Positions 26,767 to 35,251 of a stretch of DNA of 64,000 bases are shown one piece after another. Position 1 is the first letter of the stretch; each line of letters opens with the position of its first letter. The DNA is from Blastocatellia bacterium (GTDB taxonomy: Bacteria; Acidobacteriota; Blastocatellia; UBA7656), in the NCBI GenBank assembly GCA_036277095.1, contig DASUNP010000096.1, forward strand, positions 46,655 to 110,654. The letters run 5' to 3'. The translations under genes and the position numbers were made by a program. The notes under the pieces were generated by a model. That model was given only the letters and a program-made list of their open reading frames with translations. It was not told the DNA's origin and did no database searches.

Positions 26767-28683
26767 TTACTTTCTTCTTATGCGTACGCGGCCCTGCGCT
26801 ATCGTCATCACGGCCGCGTAAGCGTAGCCGAAAAAGTATATGAACAGAAATGGCAGCGTGCCGAATATGCGGCTGCTAATCGCGTACCAGATCGTGAATA
26901 TGAAATAGATAGCAAACAGCGACTCAAGCACCGGAACTGTCAAACGCCGCCGCACGTAACGTTTCTTCATCCAGGTAGTATCGCCCGTTCCCTCTATTCG
27001 ATACTTGGGCGTGCGCACGAAGGGCGACTTCAAGCCGATCAACGCTTCTATGACAGCCCGCGCGTTTGAAAACGTGAGCGCTATTCCCATGCTCATCACA
27101 AAGGGCATGTACTTGAGCGAGCGCCGCCACGATTTACGGTCCAAGTACCACTGCGGCACTACGTAGTAAGCGACGACCGACAGCGTCGAAAAGGTCAGTA
27201 TCGGCACGTCGAGCACGAACAGGTGAAACAGCCCTTGATTGTACCGCACTATGATTATCGGCAGGTTGATGAGCGCGAGCACTATCACGAGGGGCGCGGC
27301 CAGGTTCCCCGTCAGTCGGAGGAACTGTTCGAGCTTCACCTGCATAGACAGTCGCGGGTCGCGCCACATTCTGCCCATCAACTTCAGCCCGACCTGGACT
27401 ACGCCTTTCGCCCACCGCCGCTGCTGCGATTTGAACGCGTTTATATCGACCGGAAGCTCGGCGGGCACGTCGTCGTCGACCAGGTAAACGAACCGCCAGC
27501 CCATCAGTTGCGCGCGGTAAGAGAGGTCCGTGTCTTCGGTGAGCGTGTCGTGCTGCCAGCCGCCTGACCATTCTATCGCCTCGCGCCGCCACATACCGGC
27601 CGTCCCGTTAAAATTGAAGAAGCTGCCCGAACGGTGGCGCGAGGTCTGCTCGATTACCAGATGGCCGTCGAGCATTATCGCCTGGACCTTCGTCAGCAGC
27701 GAGTAGTCGGCGTTGATGTGGCTCCAGCGCATCTGCACCATGCCTATGCGGTCGTCGGTAAAGTAATCGATCATGCGGCGCACGCAGTCCGGGCGCGGCG
27801 CAAAGTCCGCGTCGAAGATCAGAACCAGCTCGCCCGACGATTTCTTCAGCCCCGCTTCGAGCGCGCCAGCCTTGAAGCCCTCGCGGTTCGTCCGGTGGTG
27901 ATAGCTTATGTCGAAGCCCTCGTCGAAATACTTCTTGACGGCGCGGCTGGCAATCTCGCGCGTCTCGTCCGTCGAGTCGTCCAGGACTTGAATCTCAAGC
28001 AGCTCGCGCGGGTAATCGAGCTTCGTCACGGAATCGATTATCCGCTCGGCCACGTACATCTCGTTAAAGAGCGGTAGCTGGACCGTTATGCGCGGAAGCC
28101 TGCCGGGTTCAAAGCGCGATTTCGGCTGCGGGCGATGGTTGCGATAACGCAGGAAGAGGTAGACGAGCCTGTAGCGATAGATTCCGTATACGGAAAGCAA
28201 CGCGAGGATGGCGAAGTAAGCCGCCATGAAATAGATGTCGAGCGTGTCGTTGACATTCAGGTAACTAATATTCCCCGCCGGGTAGCTGCCGCCCTGCGCC
28301 TCTGACGAAGCGATGAATTTATCCAGGTCGTCCGTGCCCGTAGTCGGCTGCACGGGATAGCAGACAAGCTCCACTTGAGCCGTTTTGCCCGGCTCTATGT
28401 TGACTTCTCTCAGTATGCGCTCTGTGCCAGGCCGCGAAGTGATAACGACGTAGCGGCCCGCTTCCAGCCCTTCAAACGCGAACGTCCCCTTCGCGTCAGC
28501 TGACTTGTTATGCTCGCGGCCCGTTTCGGTGTTCCGCACAGTTATGTACATCCACGCGGTGCTGTCGCCGCGTATGTCAACCACGTTGCCGCGCAAAGAG
28601 CCTGTCGCCTGGGCGTAGGCCGCGCTCGAAACCGCACACACAATCAGAATGAGTTTAAGAAACCTTGTCATAATCGCTTTCAC
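26767..28683 (-). CDS. Processive family-2 glycosyltransferase (cellulose/mannan-synthase-like) with an N-terminal exported CarboxypepD_reg-like domain
   Basis: 638 aa. Signal peptide, then GSLRGNVVDIRGD..YITVRNTETGREHNKSADAKGTFAFEGLEAGRYVV. GT2 motifs VLDDSTD, IFDADF, TEDTDLSYR, QQRRWAKG. C-terminal TM bundle. Confidence 0.8.
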   Translation of the reverse strand: MKAIMTRFLKLILIVCAVSSAAYAQATGSLRGNVVDIRGDSTAWMYITVRNTETGREHNKSADAKGTFAFEGLEAGRYVVITSRPGTERILREVNIEPGKTAQVELVCYPVQPTTGTDDLDKFIASSEAQGGSYPAGNISYLNVNDTLDIYFMAAYFAILALLSVYGIYRYRLVYLFLRYRNHRPQPKSRFEPGRLPRITVQLPLFNEMYVAERIIDSVTKLDYPRELLEIQVLDDSTDETREIASRAVKKYFDEGFDISYHHRTNREGFKAGALEAGLKKSSGELVLIFDADFAPRPDCVRRMIDYFTDDRIGMVQMRWSHINADYSLLTKVQAIMLDGHLVIEQTSRHRSGSFFNFNGTAGMWRREAIEWSGGWQHDTLTEDTDLSYRAQLMGWRFVYLVDDDVPAELPVDINAFKSQQRRWAKGVVQVGLKLMGRMWRDPRLSMQVKLEQFLRLTGNLAAPLVIVLALINLPIIIVRYNQGLFHLFVLDVPILTFSTLSVVAYYVVPQWYLDRKSWRRSLKYMPFVMSMGIALTFSNARAVIEALIGLKSPFVRTPKYRIEGTGDTTWMKKRYVRRRLTVPVLESLFAIYFIFTIWYAISSRIFGTLPFLFIYFFGYAYAAVMTIAQGRVRIRRK

Positions 28684-28795
28684 CCATGCCGGGCATTATG
28701 ATGCATCCGCGCGGGTCGAAGTTGGTATCAGAACTAAGCGGACAGTATAGGCATCGGTCGCTGCCATTTCAAGCGCCAAGACGGCAAATGAAAAA

Positions 28796-28861
28796 GCCAC
28801 AGAGGCACAGAGACACAGAGGAAATAAACAAATAATCTCTGTGTCTCTGTGCCTCTGTGGC
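28796..28861. repeat. Perfect hairpin of the cacagag-octamer family
   Basis: gccacagaggcacagagacacagag paired with ctctgtgtctctgtgcctctgtggc (25-bp perfect stem), loop gaaataaacaaataat. Confidence 0.8.
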
Positions 28862-28873
28862 TAATCTTTTCGC

Positions 28874-31054
28874 TTATTTCATGGCGACTGCCATGTTCAT
28901 GTCGAGCGCGCGGACGAGGAATCCCCAGCGGTCGGCAATCTCTTCGATCATCTTCGAGATGGGCTTGCCCGCGCCGTGACCGGCTTTCGTCTCGACGCGA
29001 ATCAGGACGGGGTTCGCGCAAGCTTGCGCCGCCTGCATCGCCGCGGCGAATTTGAAGCTGTGCCCCGGCACTACGCGATCGTCGTGGTCGGCGGTCGTGA
29101 CCATAGTCGGCGGGTAGCAAGTCCCCGGCTTGATGTTGTGATACGGCGAGTAAGCGTAAAGCGCTTTGAACTCCTCGGGATTTTCCGACGAGCCGTAATC
29201 GGAAACCCAGCCCCAGCCGATCGTGAACTTGTGGAAGCGCAGCATGTCCATCACTCCCACGGCAGGCAACGCCGCCCCGAAAAGATCGGGCCGCTGAGTC
29301 ATCGCCGCGCCCACAAGCAGCCCGCCGTTGGAGCCGCCGCCGATGGCGAGCTTCTTCGACGTGGTGTACTTGTTCTTTATGAGCCACTCGGCCGCCGCGA
29401 TGAAGTCGTCAAAGACGTTCTGCTTCTTCAGCTTCATGCCGGCCTGGTGCCAATCTTCGCCATACTCGCCGCCGCCGCGCAGGTTCGCCACGGCGTAGAC
29501 GCCGCCCATCTCCATCCACACGACGTTCGACACAGAAAAGCCCGGCATCATCGAGACGTTGAAGCCGCCGTAGCCGAACAAAAACGTCGGGTTCGTGCCG
29601 TCGAGCTTCAGCCCTTTCTTGTGCGTGATGAACATAGGCACGCGCGTGCCGTCCTTGCTCGTGTAAAAGACCTGCTTCGTCTCGTAGTCGCCGGGGTTGA
29701 AGTCGACCTTCGGCTGGCGGAAGACGCTGCTCTTGCCGCTCACCATGTCGTAACGGTAGATGGTCGCAGGCGTCGTGAAGCCCGTGAAGGAGTAGAAAGT
29801 CTCTTTATCTTCCCGCTCGCCGCCAAAGCCGACCGCCGTGCCTATGCCGGGCAGATCGACGTCGCGAACAAATTTTCCGTCCAGCCCATAAATCTTCACC
29901 TTCGTATGAGCGTCCTTAAGATAGGAGGCGATCATCGAGTTGTTTACGACCGAGACGCCCTGGAGAGTCTCAGCCGCCTGCGGTATGACATCTTTCCAGT
30001 TCTTGCGGTCGGGGTTACGCGTGTCGATAGCGACAACCTTGCTGCGCGAAGCATTGAGGTCCGTCTGGAACCAGAAGACAGGGCCATCGTTGCCTATGAA
30101 ACCGTATGCGGCGTCGAAATCGTCGAGCAGCTTGACGACCTGCGCGTCTTTCGACGAGAGGTCTTTGTAGTAGACGCGGTTGTTCTTCTCCGTGCCCTTC
30201 CAGACGTTGATTATCAGGTAGCGTCCGTCTTCGGTCACCTCGCCGCCGAACCCAAACTCTTTCACGTCGGGCCGCTCGTAAACCAGCACGTCTTCCGATT
30301 GATTTGTGCCTATGCGGTGGTAATAAAGCTTCTGGTAAAAATTCGTATCGGCGAGCTTCGTGGCCTCTTTCGGCTCATCGTAGCGGCTGTAGAAAAAGCC
30401 CTTGCCGTCGCGCGTCCAGGAAGCGCCGGAAAACTTCACCCACTTGATCGTGTCGGGCAAATCCTTGCCCGTCGCTATGTCTCGCACGCGCCACTCCTGC
30501 CAGTCCGACCCTGCAGTCGATAGTCCGTAAGCCATCAGTTTTCCGTCTTCGCTGATCGTCAGGCCGGAAAGCGCGACCGTGCCGTCCGTAGAAAGAGTGT
30601 TCGGATCGAGCAGCACGCGCGGCTCAGCAGCTAAAGTCTCGGCGGTGTAGAGCACACTCTGATTCTGCAATCCGTTGTTCTTCGAATAGAAGTAACGCCC
30701 GCCTTCGCTAAAAGGCGCCCCGTATCGCTCGTAATTCCAGAGCTTCGTAAGGCGCTGCTTAATCTGCTCGCGCGCGGGAATCTCGTTGAGGTATGCAAAG
30801 GTCACTTTGTTCTGAGCTTCGACCCAGGCTTTCGTATCCTCCGCGTCGGCGTTTTCAAGCCAGCGGTACGGGTCCGCGACTTTAATCCCATGATAATCGT
30901 CCACTTGATCCACTTTCTTCGATGCAGGATAGTCAATCTTGCGATTGTCCTGGGGCTTTGAACTCTGAGCTAAGACGGTTGCGCTCTGGCCGAAAGCGAC
31001 GGCCACGAGCGCAAAGTTCGCAGCAATAGAATAGAATTTCGCAAACAGTTTCAT
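28874..31054 (-). CDS. Prolyl oligopeptidase (S9A), exported
   Basis: Start at MKLFAKFYSIAANFALVAVAFGQ (31054). Catalytic Ser block GGSNGGLLVGA. Catalytic Asp/His regions TADHDDRV and GHGAGKP. N-terminal propeller. Confidence 0.9.
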   Translation of the reverse strand: MKLFAKFYSIAANFALVAVAFGQSATVLAQSSKPQDNRKIDYPASKKVDQVDDYHGIKVADPYRWLENADAEDTKAWVEAQNKVTFAYLNEIPAREQIKQRLTKLWNYERYGAPFSEGGRYFYSKNNGLQNQSVLYTAETLAAEPRVLLDPNTLSTDGTVALSGLTISEDGKLMAYGLSTAGSDWQEWRVRDIATGKDLPDTIKWVKFSGASWTRDGKGFFYSRYDEPKEATKLADTNFYQKLYYHRIGTNQSEDVLVYERPDVKEFGFGGEVTEDGRYLIINVWKGTEKNNRVYYKDLSSKDAQVVKLLDDFDAAYGFIGNDGPVFWFQTDLNASRSKVVAIDTRNPDRKNWKDVIPQAAETLQGVSVVNNSMIASYLKDAHTKVKIYGLDGKFVRDVDLPGIGTAVGFGGEREDKETFYSFTGFTTPATIYRYDMVSGKSSVFRQPKVDFNPGDYETKQVFYTSKDGTRVPMFITHKKGLKLDGTNPTFLFGYGGFNVSMMPGFSVSNVVWMEMGGVYAVANLRGGGEYGEDWHQAGMKLKKQNVFDDFIAAAEWLIKNKYTTSKKLAIGGGSNGGLLVGAAMTQRPDLFGAALPAVGVMDMLRFHKFTIGWGWVSDYGSSENPEEFKALYAYSPYHNIKPGTCYPPTMVTTADHDDRVVPGHSFKFAAAMQAAQACANPVLIRVETKAGHGAGKPISKMIEEIADRWGFLVRALDMNMAVAMK

Positions 31055-31156
31055 AACACTCCCCTTTGATAATGATTCTGGTGTTGACCAGGGAAGGAGT
31101 ATTTTAAACCGTATGAGCCCGCACGGTCTACACAGGTATGCGGATTCAAAAAGATT

Positions 31157-31235
31157 CACCGCAGAGGCGCAGAAGACGCAGAGCAGAATTATCTTCTCTC
31201 TGCGTCCCCTTTGCGTTCTCTGTGTCTCTGCGGTG
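31157..31235. repeat. Degenerate hairpin of the cacagag/cgcagag family
   Basis: caccgcagaggcgcagaagacgcagag ... ctctgcgt..tgcgttctctgtgtctctgcggtg. Outer 10 bp are perfect; the inner part is imperfect. Confidence 0.5.
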
Positions 31236-31272
31236 AGATTTCTCGACTACACGGCAAGGATTTGAAGGTTGA

Positions 31273-33471
31273 TTATTTCCCTTCAAGCAATCGCGTAGCC
31301 GATTCCACCTGCAAGCGCAGCGCGTCTATCGCAGCCGCCGCCGATTTCATTTGCGGCTCGACCTCTGCCCATTGCTTCTGCTCGATGGCTTCGCGCACGC
31401 CCGGAATAGTCTTTACGCCGTAGCCCGTGTAAAAGCCCGGCGCGTAAATCTGGTGTATGAACCAGGGACGGCGCGGGAGCCCTTGCTCATTTGTGAGCCG
31501 GCGCTCCGACTTATAAAGCAGCTCGTTGAGCGCGGCGGGCTGCTTGACTGTTGCGAAGCCTTTCGACTCTGCCCGCGCGAGGGCCTCTTCGTAACGGCGC
31601 GCGCTTTCGCCGAGCGCGCGGACTGAGGTCCGGAGCGGGGCGAGATCGATCTGCTTCGGCGGCGAGCCTCTTTTCGCGAGCTTTTCTATGTCGTCGATGT
31701 AGCGGCTGATGGTGTCGGTCATGTTGGTAAACTCGAATGGCAGCACGTCCGCGCCCGCCAGCCTCATGACGATAGTGCCGTTCACCTGCGAGAGCGCGCG
31801 GCCATATTCAAACGTGCCGTCCGAGAACTTCGTGTACCAGTGGAAGGTGTCATAAACCGAATGATAGATGCCGCCGCCGCCCGCGCCGCCAAAGCCCGTG
31901 TTGAGCGAAGCTATACCGAGATGCTGTATGAACGGCGTGTAGTCGGAGCCGGACCCTAGCGCGCTTATGCGCAGGTCTTTGCGCTCATGCAAATCCTTCT
32001 TGTCTTCGTCGGTCCTTGCCTGTTCGATGCGCCGCTCTTTGAGGGCCTCCCAGACCGATTTGTTCGTCTTCGGCTGCGCGACATCGCGCGCGACTTCGTT
32101 TACGAAGCGCTCCAGCGTGTGCGACCCGCCCACGCCCAGCCAGCCTTTGCCCGTGCTGTCGGAGTTGAGATAGACGACGGCCTTTTGCTTCAGCTCGTCG
32201 GCGTGCGTCTCAACCCATTCGGTCGAGCCTAAAAGCGCGGGCTCTTCGCCATCCCAGGCGCACAATATGATCGTGCGCTTCGGACGCCACCCCTGCTTGA
32301 GCAGTTCGCCGAGCGAGCGGCCCACCTCCATCACCGTAACCATGCCGCTCGTCGGGTCTTCGGCTCCGTTGACCCACGCGTCGTGGTGATTGCCGTAAAC
32401 TATCCACTCGTCGGGATAGGTGCTCCCGGGTATGCGCGCGATGACGTTGTAAAGCGTCTGGAGCGACCAGTCGAACGCGAGCTTCAGCCTGACGCGCGCG
32501 GGGCCCGGCCCCACGTGATAAGTGATAGGCAACGCCCCGCGCCACGATTCCGGCGCCGTGGGCCCGCGCAGGGCCTTTAGCAGCGGAAGCGCGTCCCCGT
32601 ACGAGATGGGGAGCACAGGAATCTTCATTATCACGTCCGCCTCTTCGCGCGGGAGGCGGCGCGCGCCTTTGACGGCGCCCCAGCCCGGCGTGAGCGGGTC
32701 GCCCGGATGAATCGGCATGTCCATTACAGAGCCGCGCTGCACGCCATGCTCGGGCCGGTATGGGCCTTCGGGGTAAACGTCGCCCTGAAAGTAACCGTCG
32801 TCGCGCGGGTCGGAATAGATCAAACAGCCTATCGCGCCATGCTCGTAGGCGACCTTGGGCTTGATGCCGCGCCAGCTCGCGCCGTAGCGCGCGATGACTA
32901 TCTTACCCTTCACCTCGACGCCCATCTTTTTTAGCTCGTCGTAATCTGCCGGCACGCCGTAGTTGACGTAGACCAGATGGCCCGTCACGTCGCCGTCTGC
33001 CGAGAAGGCGTTGTAGGTAGGGAGCTGATTGGCGTCATTTGAATCGGGGTCTTCGGCGAGCGCGGGCTCTTTCAACTGCGCGCGGAACCTGGCAGGCTCT
33101 ATCATCTCAAGCACCCGCTCCTTCGGCGTCGGGAACAGCACGTCGAACTCTTCTATCTTCGCGTCGAGCCCCCAGGAGCGGAACTTTTCGAGCATGTACT
33201 CGGCATTCTGCTTGTCGTAAGCCGAGCCTACGTGATGAGGCTCGGCCGAAAGCCGCTGCATGTACTCGCGCAAGAGCTCCGGCTTGGGTATGGCCCGCAT
33301 CCGCTCTTCCCAATCGATCTGCGCTTTGCGATTGGATTCCGAGTAGCCTCTGAGCGTGCGCGCGTGATTGTTTCCGTTAGACTGCGCTGCCGTCGATACT
33401 GCAAAGCAGTTGATCCCCGCTACGAGCGACAGCCAGATGCTTGCGATCTTCTTAAGCCTGTTATGGCGCAT
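31273..33471 (-). CDS. Exported M28 peptidase of the glutamate carboxypeptidase II / transferrin-receptor-like type
   Basis: Start at MRHNRLKKIASIW (33471). GNHHDAWVNGAEDPTSG and WDGEEPALLGSTEW metal-ligand blocks. PA domain GKIVIARYG. C-terminal helical dimerisation-like region. Confidence 0.85.
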   Translation of the reverse strand: MRHNRLKKIASIWLSLVAGINCFAVSTAAQSNGNNHARTLRGYSESNRKAQIDWEERMRAIPKPELLREYMQRLSAEPHHVGSAYDKQNAEYMLEKFRSWGLDAKIEEFDVLFPTPKERVLEMIEPARFRAQLKEPALAEDPDSNDANQLPTYNAFSADGDVTGHLVYVNYGVPADYDELKKMGVEVKGKIVIARYGASWRGIKPKVAYEHGAIGCLIYSDPRDDGYFQGDVYPEGPYRPEHGVQRGSVMDMPIHPGDPLTPGWGAVKGARRLPREEADVIMKIPVLPISYGDALPLLKALRGPTAPESWRGALPITYHVGPGPARVRLKLAFDWSLQTLYNVIARIPGSTYPDEWIVYGNHHDAWVNGAEDPTSGMVTVMEVGRSLGELLKQGWRPKRTIILCAWDGEEPALLGSTEWVETHADELKQKAVVYLNSDSTGKGWLGVGGSHTLERFVNEVARDVAQPKTNKSVWEALKERRIEQARTDEDKKDLHERKDLRISALGSGSDYTPFIQHLGIASLNTGFGGAGGGGIYHSVYDTFHWYTKFSDGTFEYGRALSQVNGTIVMRLAGADVLPFEFTNMTDTISRYIDDIEKLAKRGSPPKQIDLAPLRTSVRALGESARRYEEALARAESKGFATVKQPAALNELLYKSERRLTNEQGLPRRPWFIHQIYAPGFYTGYGVKTIPGVREAIEQKQWAEVEPQMKSAAAAIDALRLQVESATRLLEGK

Positions 33472-33517
33472 ACCAGGACCTCCTGAGTTGAAGGCCAAGT
33501 ATATCCAGCCGCCACGC

Positions 33518-33565
33518 TGGCGCACAACTCAAGAGGTGCACAACTTAAAGAGGCGCACAACTAAA
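33518..33565. promoter_or_regulatory. Three tandem ~15-nt direct repeats in a divergent intergenic region
   Basis: gcgcacaactcaagag / gtgcacaacttaaagag / gcgcacaactaaag. Confidence 0.35.
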
Positions 33566-33723
33566 GTATTGCCGAGCACCCTCTGTCTTGCGATAATAGC
33601 GACACGCTTCAATCAGCCCCTGTAAGAATGTCCCCAGGTTTTTATGGTTAATACTTTTGATGCTTTATAATCGGCGAACCCGCGCGAGTGCGCTCACAAG
33701 TTCGAGCACGGCAGGAGGCTGGA

Positions 33724-34128
33724 ATGTTCAATAACGGCTCACGAAATAAGAGCGAGCTGGCGAAAGCAGAATCTGCGTTGAAAGAAGCGGAGGCTGAACA
33801 AGAGCGCATGTTCGCGCTCATAGAAGAGCGCAAGAGTGAGAGGCAAAGTATTGGCGCCCGGATTGCGGAAGAGGGCACCGCAGGCAACGTCGACGGGCTG
33901 ATAGCCTTGCAGACCCGCCTGACTTCGCTCGATAAAGGCATAGCAGAGTTATGCGCATCCGCAGCGGAATGCGCGCAGCGTGTCGAATCTGCGCGCCGTT
34001 ACCTTTATAAGCTATACGTACACCTCGAAAGGCTTCGCCAGGAGGCTGCTTGCCTGATAGAAGAAGACCCCTCGCGTTTGACGCGCGTAAAAGTACAGAT
34101 CCATGCCATCGCAGGCGATGAGGGGTAA
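33724..34128 (+). CDS. Small coiled-coil protein, unknown function
   Basis: ATG 33724 after AGGAGG. MFNNGSRNKSELAKAESALKEAEAEQERMFALIEERK.. is heptad-like and charged. Confidence 0.5.
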   Translation: MFNNGSRNKSELAKAESALKEAEAEQERMFALIEERKSERQSIGARIAEEGTAGNVDGLIALQTRLTSLDKGIAELCASAAECAQRVESARRYLYKLYVHLERLRQEAACLIEEDPSRLTRVKVQIHAIAGDEG

Positions 34129-34213
34129 GAGAAAAAAGGTAAGAGAAAAAAGATGAAGGAGTCGCGGTCACCAGTAAGCAGCCGAGACTCCTTCAAATTG
34201 CGTTCAAACCCGC

Positions 34214-34996
34214 CTAGTCGAATATAGACTTAAACCATCCGCCGACTCTCTTGAAACCGCGACCGACCTTCTTGCCGAACGAAACGCTCTCTTTAGTAGT
34301 TTTATCCGCAACTTGTTCGGTCTTATCGGCCACATCCTCGCCGGCCTCTTTAGTCACCTTCACGCCTTTGACCACGACCTCGCCGGTCTTATCCACGACA
34401 TCTTCCGACTTGTCGGCTACCTCTTTGCCGACTTCTTTCGACTTGTCGATAGTCTTATCGGCTACGTCTTTGGTCTTCTCACCGACCTTCTTAGTAACGT
34501 CTACCGTCTCTTTAGCGACATCTTTGGTAACGTCTTTCGTCTTATCGACGGTCTCTTTTGTGACGTCCACAGTCTTGTCGACTACGTCTTCGGTCTTATC
34601 GGCGACTTCCTCGCCGACAGACTTGGTCACTTTTAAAGCCTTGTCCGCAGCCGCCAACATCACGTCTGCGGTGGCGTCCATCGCTTGCTCTATATCGTTC
34701 TCATCGGTCAGGTCTGCTTTGCGACCATCGCGATACTCGACCACGACCGAGCGCATGCCGTCGCTTTGGGTCGTGCGGGTTATGCGGGCGATGTCACCCG
34801 TCTCGAACGTCCTGATTTCCGTCTTTGTGCCGTCCGGCGCGACGACGATTTCAACCGTCGAGCCGTCGCTTTTCGTCACCTTCGACGGCGACTGGCTGCT
34901 TTGCGCGTGTTGGCTGTGCCCTTCGGTCTGCGCGAAAGCAACAGTCCCGAACGAAAGCGCGATTGTAAGTCCTAATACTGATAGTATCCGCTTCAT
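34214..34996 (-). CDS. Secreted protein with eleven consecutive 11-residue repeats (LEA group-3-like)
   Basis: Start at MKRILSVLGLTIALSFGTVAFAQ (34996) after GGAGG. Residues 118-238 parse as DKALKVTKSVG EEVADKTEDVV DKTVDVTKETV DKTKDVTKDVA KETVDVTKKVG EKTKDVADKTI DKSKEVGKEVA DKSEDVVDKTG EVVVKGVKVTK EAGEDVADKTE QVADKTTKESV. Confidence 0.7.
   Translation of the reverse strand: MKRILSVLGLTIALSFGTVAFAQTEGHSQHAQSSQSPSKVTKSDGSTVEIVVAPDGTKTEIRTFETGDIARITRTTQSDGMRSVVVEYRDGRKADLTDENDIEQAMDATADVMLAAADKALKVTKSVGEEVADKTEDVVDKTVDVTKETVDKTKDVTKDVAKETVDVTKKVGEKTKDVADKTIDKSKEVGKEVADKSEDVVDKTGEVVVKGVKVTKEAGEDVADKTEQVADKTTKESVSFGKKVGRGFKRVGGWFKSIFD
34283..34645 (-). repeat. In-frame 33-nt tandem repeat array encoding the 11-mers
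   Basis: Periodicity is read from the protein parse above. The DNA repeats are diverged (gacaag/gataag..acg..gac units). Confidence 0.65.
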
Positions 34997-35190
34997 AATA
35001 TGGTTCCTCCCCTGGCTCAACAAAATCTCAGTTCAGCTTCATTGGGGCAATGAGCGTGCCAGTCCCGCTAGTCGCGGTTCTCGCTCCTGGCCGCGCCAAG
35101 AGTGGCGAATCAACCGGTCAGCCTATTCATGAAGAAATGTAAGTACTTAAATACTACGGGGTTGTATGAAATAGGAACGTTCACTGGCGG

Positions 35191-35222
35191 GAAAAAAGAA
35201 GGCGGTCGCCAACCGACCGCCT
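35191..35222 (-). terminator. Rho-independent terminator of htrA
   Basis: Minus strand reads AGGCGGTCG-gttgg-CGACCGCCT followed by TCTTTTTTC. Confidence 0.75.
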
Positions 35223-35251
35223 CGCTTGCTGTTTGGACTGTTGATCGGGCG

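Noticed and set aside
28976-30523. 515-aa plus-strand ORF
   Set aside because: Antisense to the prolyl oligopeptidase gene. It is Arg-rich with no motifs, while the opposite frame has the GGSNGG catalytic block.
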